From Naegleria gruberi (lineage: Eukaryota), in the NCBI GenBank assembly GCA_000004985.1, contig GG738931.1: a stretch of DNA of 64,000 nt. One strand, given 5' to 3'. Position 1 is the stretch's first letter; every line of letters starts with the position of its first letter. A program made the position numbers and the translations under genes. Below, piece by piece: positions 45,001-55,264 of the stretch. The notes beneath the pieces were generated by a model. That model did no database searches, had not been told where the DNA came from, and was given only the letters and a program-made list of their open reading frames with translations.

Positions 45001-46134
45001 TGGGTCAATGTTTTGCATCAACTTTTGAGCATATCTGTTTTGAAGAGTGAGGAAGAGCTTTCTTTCGATAAAGTGAACATTTTGATTTTCCATCAACAAA
45101 TCACCAACACGAGAGGCAATGAGAGGAGAGAAGCTCAATCCACACTTGGTTTGATCGAGGACTTTCATTGGTTTGTATTGAATACCAGAGACATAACTTT
45201 CAGCAAGAATCTTGTTGAATTGATTGGCAAAGTTTTCAGCTTCCTCCATTTCAGTACCTGCTCTGATTGCTTCAAGAGATGGAACGAGGGAAATGATCAC
45301 CTCCACCATATTTGGATCCAAACCAAAAGGTGTAGATTTTGAACTAAGTTTTTGGGTTGCATTGAAAACATTTCTTCTAGCATTATCAACTTTTGGAGGA
45401 TTTCTCTTCATTTCTGAAGCCTTTTGTTGAATCTTTTTAAAGTTAAGTGTTGACTTGAATCTATTTTCATATTCTCCAATCCATTCAATGGAATTATCTT
45501 GTCCAATATGTTCCAAGAGGTCACTGGCCTTGGCAACAATAGAGACAACTCCTGGTGCCAAAATATTGTTAAATTTGACAGCGTCCTTGGTGAAGGCAGG
45601 TTCTTCATTCTTTTCTAAACTTGTTTCCAACATGTTCATGATTGAAACCTTGGAAATACTCTTGCTCTTCAATTTGACAATGAATTGACGTTTTGGTTCC
45701 TCAATAATTTCCTCTCCTGTTGGTAATTGACGTTTTACAGCATTGGTCAATGCCAACAATTTGGCTCTGCTCAAAGCAAGATTATTTTCACTCGTCAATG
45801 AATATCCAAAAGACATTTCATTTTGACTGATGGTATTCTCTTCGTTCATGAAGGATTTAAATTTGATAGTTGGTCCATTTGGATACTTTTTCATCTTGAG
45901 CTTGAGAAATTCCTCAACATCTTGTGCAGGAGGAATATTGCTCTCCTTCCCAATATATTTTGATGAAAGTAATGATGGAATGAATGAATAAGAAACAACA
46001 CCAACAGTGGCAATAGCAATCACTAAGGCAACAACAATCATATAACTAACATATGATTGTCTTTGTTTTTTCAATTCCGCAACCGCAGCATCATCTTGTT
46101 GATGAATATTATTATTCTGTTCTTCGAGCATCAT
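42018..46134 (-). CDS. Membrane-anchored subtilisin-like serine protease (S8) with a C-terminal FN3-like region and TM. 2 exons, about 1330 aa.
   Basis: Exon 1 is 46134-43860: N-terminal hydrophobic MIVVALVIAIATVGVVSYSF and catalytic motifs AIADTGLDFDNCFF, HGTHVCGSVAG, LSGTSMATPIT|GTCAGT. The intron is 43859-43739. Exon 2 is 43738-42018 (AGAVALVRQFF...) ending with TM VLAGATALALVGVLVIGIILVWFVCKNKRK. Confidence 0.7.
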
Positions 46135-46663
46135 CAAAAGCCAAAATATTACAATAACGATAGTGTGCTTATTCTTTGCTGCACTGTTTTCAAATTAAAC
46201 TCGAGTATTAAGGCACAATTCAAATTTCTATCCAATCCTTCCGCGCCAACAAAATCAAAGTAAAAAGAAAACGGGAACAAGAGAGAGCTGCTTAAAGGCT
46301 TTTTTTCGTTGTGGTGGTGTGGATGAAATTAAGGCTCGAGAATGATCTTTCTGCTGTTGCGCGTTGGAAAATTGACCCGCCCAAAAACTATCACAATCTA
46401 ATCGCTCCCGTATTATCGAAACATTAAATAAAATGGATTTATCTTTACGGATCAGTAAATCATCATCATGGTGATTCCGATATAAATATTTAGAAAATAT
46501 TAATATTAAATATTGAATTATTTTTGATGAGAATATTGAATAAAGTAAAGGATTCAATTCTAAAATTAACGCCAGTATGAACTTGCAAGTTGAAATTGAA
46601 ATTATTTTTTCTTTTAATCAACAAAAAAATCATCCACACATCTTGTACAATATTATTTTCATC

Positions 46664-47425
46664 ATGACCCGATCATATATCAAAACAGATACCAAAGTTG
46701 ATAGTTGTAAAACAAGTCATCGCCAAGATCCGTTCAATTTTTCATCAGAAAATTCATCATCGGCCTTTAATTTGCAATCATTTGATGATAAAAAGAAGGT
46801 GAATAGAAAGAAGGAGCAAAATTCGTATAGAAACTCTATGAAAAATACAATGCAATCGTTTGAGAGAATTGAAGAGATTGTTGCTCAGGGAGTTGATCAA
46901 TGCATGTCAAAGAAAAAGTCATCAAAAGGTTTGGCACCACATCATCACAGAAAAGCTGTGGATGATGATTTGGGCAATATGTATCATCACGTTGTGACAG
47001 ATAGTATTAGACAGAAGGAACCAATCATGACACACAACTTACATTTAAAGAGACAATTGAAGGAAAATGTAGATAACGAATTGGAACAATTAAAGCAAGC
47101 TTTGGAAGAAAAGCAAGATCAGGAATTCTTAGATAAATATTTGGATAAAAGATCAAAGAAGGCTGTTAACAAGTTGAGGAAGAAAATGGAGAGAGAAGGA
47201 GAGGATTTCAAGAAGAATATTGTCGAGCGTGAGGAATACTTATTTAGGAAGGAAAATTATATTACAGCCGAGAAAAGAATTGAAGACACATTTAACAAAT
47301 TGAAAGTGAGCTACATTAACAGTCTGACCACTGAGGAAAAGGTTGCACTCAAAGAATTGGAAAAGTACAAACAAACCGAAAGTCCTCTTGTTTTCAAACA
47401 TTACAGAAAGACTAAATCCAAGTAA
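46664..47425 (+). CDS. Coiled-coil, Lys/Glu-rich hypothetical protein.
   Basis: ATG at 46664. Heptad-like charged sequence (ELEQLKQALEEKQDQEFLDKYLDKRSKKAVNKLRKKMEREGEDFKK). Confidence 0.4.
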   Translation: MTRSYIKTDTKVDSCKTSHRQDPFNFSSENSSSAFNLQSFDDKKKVNRKKEQNSYRNSMKNTMQSFERIEEIVAQGVDQCMSKKKSSKGLAPHHHRKAVDDDLGNMYHHVVTDSIRQKEPIMTHNLHLKRQLKENVDNELEQLKQALEEKQDQEFLDKYLDKRSKKAVNKLRKKMEREGEDFKKNIVEREEYLFRKENYITAEKRIEDTFNKLKVSYINSLTTEEKVALKELEKYKQTESPLVFKHYRKTKSK

Positions 47426-47487
47426 TTAAATATTTGTTGATTTTAAGTTTGAAAATGTGAGACAATATTTTTTCCCTGTCTATCTAC

Positions 47488-48683
47488 TTATTGGTTTGTT
47501 CTCAATAGTATCATTACTTGGAAATTGCAGGAGTGATTGATCCATTTTACTATAAGAACACCTGCTAATCCATAAAAAATCATAAAAAAAAAAGTATTAT
47601 TTAAAAAACGACTAAATTGATCTTTTATAAAACTATTCTTGATGAGGTTCTTACTAGATTCCCACAATTCAACTTGTTTTTCCACTTCGTAGGATTCGTC
47701 AGAGGAATTTTTCTTTTCCTTTCCATCATAATAAGATCCAGAGATTATTCCAGTTTCGTTTGGATTCACCAATTTTGCTAAATCGCCACCAGAAACAGAT
47801 AATTCTTTTCTCAAATCCTTTGCATGTTCAATCATTCCCTTTTTTCTTTCAGGATCAATATTTCTTGTCAAACTAATTATGGAAATAGTTGAATATTTAT
47901 CTGAAACTATTCGATACTTACCTTGTTTCTGGAATAAATCCAGGATTGAAACAAGTTACACGGAATTGATTCTTGAATTCACTTGAATTTTGTAATCTTT
48001 TCCATAATTCATAAGTGAAAAGAATATTCAAGAGTTTGGAAGTTGGATATCTACTTCCAATTTCTTCTGGAGTTTCGTATGGTGGTGAAATGAGTTTCTC
48101 AATGGAATCATATTTTGCTTTTGGCATTGGAATTTTCAATTTTGGATCTGTTTCGAATAAAAAGTTTCGAATAAAGTTAAATTAAACTTCAATGAAAATT
48201 CTAATAGAATTACTTACCATGAACTTCACTACTAACAACAGCAATTGAATTAATTTCCTTTTGATCTCTTTCGAATAATGGAAGCAACAAGTTAGTGAGC
48301 AAGAAATGACCTATATGATTAACACCAACTGTGATTTCATATCCTTGTTTGGTTAAAGTCAACTTTGGAGGGGCAACAATTCCTGCATTTGCTACTAATG
48401 CCTTCAATGGTGGGAGTTTGGCACTTTCGAATTCCTTCACAAACTTTCGAACAGATTCCAAATCAGATAAATCCAAAAGAATCAAACTAATCCTATCCGA
48501 AACTGATCCATTCAAAATAGTTTCCAAAGCTTCCTTTCCTCTACTTTCATCTCTACAAGCCAACACAACATGCCATTCCAATTTCTCATCTGCAAATAAT
48601 TGTTTAGCACATTCGAAACCTAATCCACAATTAGCTCCAGTTACAATTACAGTTCTCTTTCCTCTGTTTAATGTTGAAGACAT
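47488..48683 (-). CDS. Short-chain dehydrogenase/reductase (retinol-dehydrogenase/WWOX-like), 3 exons.
   Basis: Exons 48683-48217 (TVIVTGANCGLGFECAK Rossmann motif ...VHG|GTAAGT), 48147-47912 (...YPTSKLLNILFTYEL...CFNPGFIPETR) and 47872-47488. Donors are GTAAGT. Confidence 0.65.
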
Positions 48684-49050
48684 TCTTCTATTTTTTTTTT
48701 GATTTTGTGTTTTTGAAACTTTTCTTCCTTTAAAAGGTTTTTGTAAAATGTGCGTCGTCTGTTAGTGCACACGCGGATTTTTGTAATCACAAGTGAAAAT
48801 TGTTGCGCACAAATTAAGGAACGGGTGAAATTTTAATTTTGTGAGGATCAAGTGTGCTAATGGAGAATCAATTAATACTTTTCATTATTTTCGTTTGATT
48901 CACTAAATGTCCGTGGTCTGTGAGCTGTCCATCCCATTGACCAATAACTATTCGAAATTTACACTATTCTTCATCAATACTGGGTTTCTACCTTCAATTC
49001 CTATCTAAATAAATGGAGTTGGGCTGAGTTAGAACTTGGAGTTGTTTATT

Positions 49051-50559
49051 TTACAGTTTACTTGCAAATCCACCGAATGAAGGTTTGGCTGCTAAGCTTG
49101 GTTGACCGAAACTAATTAGTTCCTTATTGATCGATTCTGACCAAACCATTGGCTTACCAGTCAAGTCTCTAACATCAGTAAATAGCAGTTTAGGATAATT
49201 TCCTTTTGGATTTTGAGCCATTTTCATAAGTGGACTCTTTTTAACTTGTTTTGGATCAAGAATTTTCAAATCTTGAAATACATAGTACAATTTTGCGAAA
49301 CTTAGATTAGAGTTTCCATATGAATCAACTATAAACTTGTTGAATTGATAGTCATTCAACGTTACATAGATTACATTTGCTACCTTGTCATTTCCTAGTT
49401 TGGAAAATATAGCATGGTTGACATCTGAAATAAATTTCGAATATTGGGAAGGATCTAATGGTCTAGCTCCTTCATGATTATCATCATTGCAATTAGATAC
49501 AATGTTATTGACCATAAAACTTGGAATTTTCTCTCCAGTTTCTTTCATTTCTGTATATTTACATTTCCATAATTGGAAAGAATAATTTTCCTTCTCATTC
49601 ACATAACAACCAGCAAACGAATCATGCATATACACACAACTCAAATCCTGAATCAACAATCCATCATTCTTATACAAATCCTTCATTGCCACCACATAAT
49701 CCTTCACATCTTCAATTTCCCTGACACTTGACAAGTTCTCCAACTCTTTGCCAACATTCATTCCAACAAATGTCAACTTTTGCTCACCCACAAACATCCC
49801 ACAATTAGCACCCACTCCAATACTCTTCATATTATCTTCAAATATGTTACAATAACCAAACCTAACGCCCATTCGTTTTTGTAAAAGTGCTGCCATGTAC
49901 ATGGTTAGATATTTTGTATGATTGTTGGATCTCATCTTTTGATTGACCCATGCAGAACCGATAACTGCTATTTTGTGTTTCATTCCATCGACGAAGGCAT
50001 CCTTTATGGAGAAGGCGATCATGCTGCAGGGAGTTGCTTGGAATAGATCAGTTTCGGCTGTTTCGTCCAGTGGGTTTTCGTTGGAATGTGGTGTTGGATT
50101 CAAGACTTTGAGGTAGACGAGAAAGTGGTGAGAAGAATGTTTGAATTGTGAATATTGAGACCACCTTTCGAATATGTTATCGTGAACTTTGAGCATGGAA
50201 ACAAGTTTCTTTCCTTTCAGATAGTAAAAGTATTCGTCGAAAGATTCCTTTTCCTTGTCGATGGCCATTAATTCCTGTTGAAACCATGAGTGGAGAGGAT
50301 TAGTTTCGAGATTCGTCTTGTTTCCAATATCTTTCATAGTCTTGATGGAAGCACTGTGGTAGATATTGGCAAGCATGGGATTCTGTGGATGCAACAAGAA
50401 CAGCATGTAATATGGCTTTTCGTCTGGATTGGACGAAACTCCATTCGAATCATCAATTGGTGAAACCAACTTGAAATCCTTAGAGAAGAAAATATATTGA
50501 TGAGTGAGCAACAAGTCTGCATGTTCCTCCTTAACAATATGTTGATACGCAGCTTCCAT
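49051..50559 (-). CDS. Hypothetical 502-aa protein ending in -SKL.
   Basis: Long single ORF. The C-terminal tripeptide SKL matches the PTS1 consensus. Confidence 0.5.
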   Translation of the reverse strand: MEAAYQHIVKEEHADLLLTHQYIFFSKDFKLVSPIDDSNGVSSNPDEKPYYMLFLLHPQNPMLANIYHSASIKTMKDIGNKTNLETNPLHSWFQQELMAIDKEKESFDEYFYYLKGKKLVSMLKVHDNIFERWSQYSQFKHSSHHFLVYLKVLNPTPHSNENPLDETAETDLFQATPCSMIAFSIKDAFVDGMKHKIAVIGSAWVNQKMRSNNHTKYLTMYMAALLQKRMGVRFGYCNIFEDNMKSIGVGANCGMFVGEQKLTFVGMNVGKELENLSSVREIEDVKDYVVAMKDLYKNDGLLIQDLSCVYMHDSFAGCYVNEKENYSFQLWKCKYTEMKETGEKIPSFMVNNIVSNCNDDNHEGARPLDPSQYSKFISDVNHAIFSKLGNDKVANVIYVTLNDYQFNKFIVDSYGNSNLSFAKLYYVFQDLKILDPKQVKKSPLMKMAQNPKGNYPKLLFTDVRDLTGKPMVWSESINKELISFGQPSLAAKPSFGGFASKL

Positions 50560-50985
50560 ACTTTCGAATAAATGTTATTTTTTTGGTGTTTAGTTTGGTT
50601 TCTGTAAACACCACATTGTGAAATGGAAAGAACTTGTGTCCCGCACTGGAACTATCTATTTCGTTTATTTGATATCCTCGCGATGATGTGAAACAGATCA
50701 ACTTCCACTACATGCATTTTAACTTGCTGACAAGCGAAGGATCTAGGAGCCCAGAGATTTTTGTAAAATCAATTATTTTGAAAAGTTTGAATTAGAAACG
50801 CAAGGTCGCGCTGGAAAATAAACCATTAGGACTATATTAAGCAAAAATGCTACAAAAAATATATTTCATTACACGTGTATTACAACAATATATTGAAATA
50901 GGTATTCCTTTACAAAAAGCAATAAGTGGGCACAAGTGTATTACGATGGACTGACTGTATACAGTCATATTCAAAGAAAACAATT

Positions 50986-52110
50986 TTACATTACAGAACA
51001 TTTTTTCGATTGTTTCATCAACTTTCTCTGCTTTTTACAAGTTTCAATGAATGCAGAATCGTGTTGAATGACTTCCTTCAGGAGTTTCAGATTATCACCT
51101 GATCCATATCTCTTTAGTCTTACACATTCTTCATATACTCGAATAATGTTTTCTCCCGTCTTGGCACTTGTTTCAATGATGAAAGTATTGGTCAATTGAG
51201 ATTGTTTAATGATGGTAGCAATTTGGTTAGTAAATTTCTCAATGGTGATTGGTCGATCTGTTTCATTCAATAAATCGACCTTATTTAAGGCAAATACTAC
51301 TGGAAAGCTATTTTCCTCAAAGTCCTTAACTCTTACTAATTGTTCTACAAGTGGTTCGGCTTCTTCCACTGAATTACTATCTACCAAATCACAAACAAGA
51401 ACGAAACACTCTCCATATCTCATAAAATGATCTCTCGCGGACTTGATAAATTTAATTAGTTTAGAATGGCATTATTCTAAAGAACTTACACTGTATTCAT
51501 GTTCAGCAGAGTCCAAAACTTCAAATAATGTAGGAAAACCATCAACCAACAATTGTTTTCTATAAACATCCTCTATTGTTGGATCATATTGTTCAATAAA
51601 GAAATCTTGTATATATTTCACTGTCATTGCAGACTTTCCTATTTCAAAATAATTAACCTATTAACAGAAAATTATTAAATTCTTACCTACTCCTCCCTTT
51701 CCAATCATCACCACTTTAGTTTTCTCAATTCCATCCAATTTTTTAGGTGTTCCCCAAATGTGAAACTTAATAAATGCAGCCATCAGCACTTTCCTCTTCA
51801 ATTCTCTCTTTAGAATCATTTCCTCCTTCAGTAAACTAAACTCCTTCTCCAAAGATGGATTAATTCCAAACCAAATCTCCCAAACCTTCCACCAAAATCT
51901 ATCAAAATATCGTTCCATCTCTGGCATACTAGCAATCTTCCTATTCAATGATTGAAAATTAGCCATATATCGTACATAGGATCGTATTTCACTGCTCCCA
52001 CTCGAAAAATTCTTTTTCAGCAATTCGGAATCTCCCACTCCGAACGATAAAATGTGTTGATAAATTTCATAGGGAAGTGATGAGAATTGTGTGATGTGTT
52101 TTGGAGCCAT
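50986..52110 (-). CDS. Ras-like small GTPase with a CAAX tail and an N-terminal extension. At least 3 exons.
   Basis: Exon A is ...EKTKVVMIGKGGVG|GTAAGA, ending at 51687. Exon B is 51638-51490 (KSAMTVKYIQDFFIEQYDPTIEDVYRKQLLVDGFPTLFEVLDSAEHEYS|GTAAGT). Exon C is 51441-50986 (SARDHFMRYGECF...FALNKVDL...ETSAK...KKCSVM*). The start is ambiguous: ATG at 52110 gives a 140-aa extension, ATG at 51783 gives a canonical length. Confidence 0.6.
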
Positions 52111-52271
52111 TTTTTTCTGATGTTCAAAACCAAGTTCACTGTTGTTTTGCCGATTACAACAATTACAACGGAACGACTCTTCTCCTGGTGGGAAAGGAGC
52201 CAAACATAATATTGGCTTGCAGAGATGAATCATCGAAATATTACTCAACCACATGCCAATCCGAAGCATCA

Positions 52272-53738
52272 TTATTTTCTATTGATAATTGAAAGATCTG
52301 TAAATGGATGTGGTGACTTGACAATATAATTAAACTTGTTAGGAAATAATGTAAATTGGTTCCTTCTATAATTGACTTTAACAATGGTACCAACAGCAAT
52401 AGTTGCACGTCCATCCCTAATTATAATTCTTCCAAGTTTGTTGCAATCATTGTAGCTATCCACAAATAATGGAACAGTAGGTGCCAATTCAACAAGTGCT
52501 ACATCTCCTATTTCAAGACAGGATGGATTTTCCTCAATTATTATTGAGCTATCTGTAGGATTCAATATCCCAATCAATTTCTCAAATTTAGTATTGGCAA
52601 AAGCTAGCCCACAATGTACTATTGGAGCATAACCAGCCCTTATTGAGGGTTTAGGAGTATTAATTATTGAAATTTGTGCTATAAACCTGGATGCTGCCTT
52701 ACATGGTGAAAAATATGGATCGCTTATTATGTAACCAGTTTTAGTTGGTGGCAGATTATCGAATTCAATACCAACCAGAGAGTTGGAAAATGCTCTCTCC
52801 TTGTTGGTATGTGAAATTTGAATATTCTTCACTCTCACATTAATCAATTCTCCACTATGCACTCGTGGAATTTGAACTGTCATTCCAACCTTAACCATTC
52901 CACTAATAATATATCCAGCAAGAATGCCATTCGGCAACTTGGGTTTAAAAATTGCAATTCTCAATGGCTCTCGCAAACATTCCTCAACAGTCCTTTGAAA
53001 GTTGGTTTCCATATTATTCAACGTTTCAGTGAGTGTTTTTCCACAATACCATTTCATATTTTCTGACCTCTCAAAAACATTATCTCCACACTCTCCACAA
53101 ATTGGAATGAATGGAATTTCTTGCTTGATTCCAACTGTCTTGATTAATTTACCAATACTTGTTTTAATTTCCAAAAATCTCTTCTCTGAATATTTCACAC
53201 AATCCATCTTATTGACACACACTATGAACCTCTCAATTCCAGCAACTTTTGAATAAATTAGTTGCTGCTTATAAGAAAATGATAGATTCTCTCGGTGGAA
53301 TCCAGCTTCAAACTCTCCATCAGATGCACTAACCACCATCAAACAAACATTTCCCATCGAAATCCCTTGAATTGTCTTCTTTATAAAATCACCATGTCCA
53401 GGTGTGTCAATAATCCGAAATTGACAAGCAGACAATTCAATTACATGTTTAGCATTCACATCAGTACTTATTTCTCTCTCTGCCTGAGTTGGAGAATCCA
53501 GCATGAGTGAAGAGATATGAAAATGATTTCTATTTCCCATCCATGATTGAATTCCAAATCGTTGAAAAATCGCTTGTTGTCCTTGCTGATAAAGCTCACA
53601 TTGACGCTTTAATTGTTCATAAACTTGTGGTTTAATTTTTCTTACCAATTGACCACCAAGTGTTGATTTTCCGCAGTCTACAAATCCAATCAAGACTAGA
53701 TTAAATTCTTCGGGTTTGATTTTTCTATGATCAGACAT
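52272..53738 (-). CDS. Divergent EF1A/EFL-like translational GTPase (488 aa).
   Basis: ATG at 53738. G1 NLVLIGFVDCGKST, G3 DTPGHGDF, G4 NKMD, then beta-barrel domains II and III (LPNGILAGYIISGMVKVGMTV...). There is no N-terminal extension, so it is EF1A-like rather than eRF3/HBS1-like. Confidence 0.65.
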   Translation of the reverse strand: MSDHRKIKPEEFNLVLIGFVDCGKSTLGGQLVRKIKPQVYEQLKRQCELYQQGQQAIFQRFGIQSWMGNRNHFHISSLMLDSPTQAEREISTDVNAKHVIELSACQFRIIDTPGHGDFIKKTIQGISMGNVCLMVVSASDGEFEAGFHRENLSFSYKQQLIYSKVAGIERFIVCVNKMDCVKYSEKRFLEIKTSIGKLIKTVGIKQEIPFIPICGECGDNVFERSENMKWYCGKTLTETLNNMETNFQRTVEECLREPLRIAIFKPKLPNGILAGYIISGMVKVGMTVQIPRVHSGELINVRVKNIQISHTNKERAFSNSLVGIEFDNLPPTKTGYIISDPYFSPCKAASRFIAQISIINTPKPSIRAGYAPIVHCGLAFANTKFEKLIGILNPTDSSIIIEENPSCLEIGDVALVELAPTVPLFVDSYNDCNKLGRIIIRDGRATIAVGTIVKVNYRRNQFTLFPNKFNYIVKSPHPFTDLSIINRK

Positions 53739-54743
53739 TTTTTTTTAAATAAAATTACAAAAAATTTAATTAATTGGAAATTTAATAATTGCAACAAATA
53801 TATTAATGCATTTGTTCCAGGCAATTATATTCGAATAAAATTTATGCGAATAAATTTCATACTAAATAAATTCGCATGGTTTGGTAATGCGAAATTCATT
53901 CTTATGGTCATAACTTCCATAAATAAAGGATATGTTGAGCAAAGGTGTTTATCATTCTCCTTTTCCAATATTTGAGGAACAACCAATAAGACCAAAACCA
54001 TCGTGAAAAGTCATATTTTATATGGTGTTAAAGATTAGACTCTTTCTTCCTGATTTCAATTCAGGGAGTGTCCAAAATTTGTACAACATTTCCAAACAAT
54101 CATGATATCAATCCCTCCTCATATCATGAAGTGAGAAATCATATTTATATGAAGAATAACCTCAGAATAATTTGCAAGATTTCAAAAACCTAAATACACA
54201 AAAACACAATAAAACATGATTAGAGAATCAACAATGGATTATTTACATGTAACTTGTCTAGTTTACATCAACAAATATGGTGTAGGTGATATGAAATTTA
54301 ATTAAAAACAGAAAAATCAAAATCTTCATGATTTCAACGAAACAAGACGAAACAATTGATATAGTACATCTACAATAGTACAAATAAAAGTTTATTAATG
54401 TTTCAAGATGATTGGCTGTGTACTTTTGGCATGAATCATGATTGGTGACCATGAATAACCCGAAGTTGACAAAAACACAAAATGATGAAAAACTTATAAT
54501 AAATATATTGTTTATTATGTATTTGAATAGTAGTGATGAAAGACATTTTCCAAGTTGGTGAAGTACATGTTGAGATATAGTCTATGTACATGTGAAAATA
54601 TACATGTACCTAACATCATGATAACCAATAGGGAAATGTTCGGAAGTTATTTTACCTGATGGAATCGACCATGCTGAACAATACTAGATTGAAAGTTTTC
54701 CAAATTATCATGTGCATCTGGCAGTGATGATGATTTTAGTGAA

Positions 54744-54856
54744 AATATTCAATTTCACTAAAATATTACTATTATCAGATTTATTTCCGCAAATATTACT
54801 ATTATAATGATGATAAATAACAATGATGATGGTTGGTAGTTGTTTCGATGATGATG
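54744..54856 (+). repeat. Dispersed ~110-bp repeat, copy B.
   Basis: About 95% identical to 981-1090. It lies ~400 bp 5' of the 55265 LRR gene. Confidence 0.6.
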
Positions 54857-55264
54857 TACCAACTTGAATTTTTCCAAATAATAAAATTATTTCCAAATCA
54901 TGATGAAGAATTAAATTCCAAAAATTACTATTAATACTGTTATTTAAATCATGATGAGATGATGTGGTGAAATTCTTGGAGTTAATAGATGTGAAATCAC
55001 TCCAAGAATCAACAGAGTCGTGATGTACCTGATGTTGTTTCAATATTTTTGAAATATTTTTCAAAGTTCTTACAACTACGAATCGGTGTGTCCAAAGATA
55101 TTTTTTGCATGTAAGAATGATGCGACCGAATATTACTGAATAATTTTTTATACGGGTTTATTTCGTATATAACAGCATTATTATCAAGATCTGTTTCTTA
55201 CAGATAATAAAACCTTAATGCATTCGGTGTCCGAATTTTGCCTCTTAATAATGGAGAGAAAAAA

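Noticed and set aside
46255-46557. 100-aa minus-strand ORF between the subtilase and the coiled-coil gene.
   Set aside because: No start context and no features. Probably intergenic.
52112-52272. ORF 51661..52272 begins MMLRIGMWLS and overlaps the stop codon of the EF1A-like gene (ATGATG overlapping TAATGA).
   Set aside because: Zero intergenic distance is implausible. The Ras-like gene start is placed at ATG 52110 or 51783 instead.
54708-55064. 118-aa minus-strand ORF.
   Set aside because: It covers the dispersed 110-bp repeat and low-complexity DNA, with no protein-like features. Treated as noncoding.
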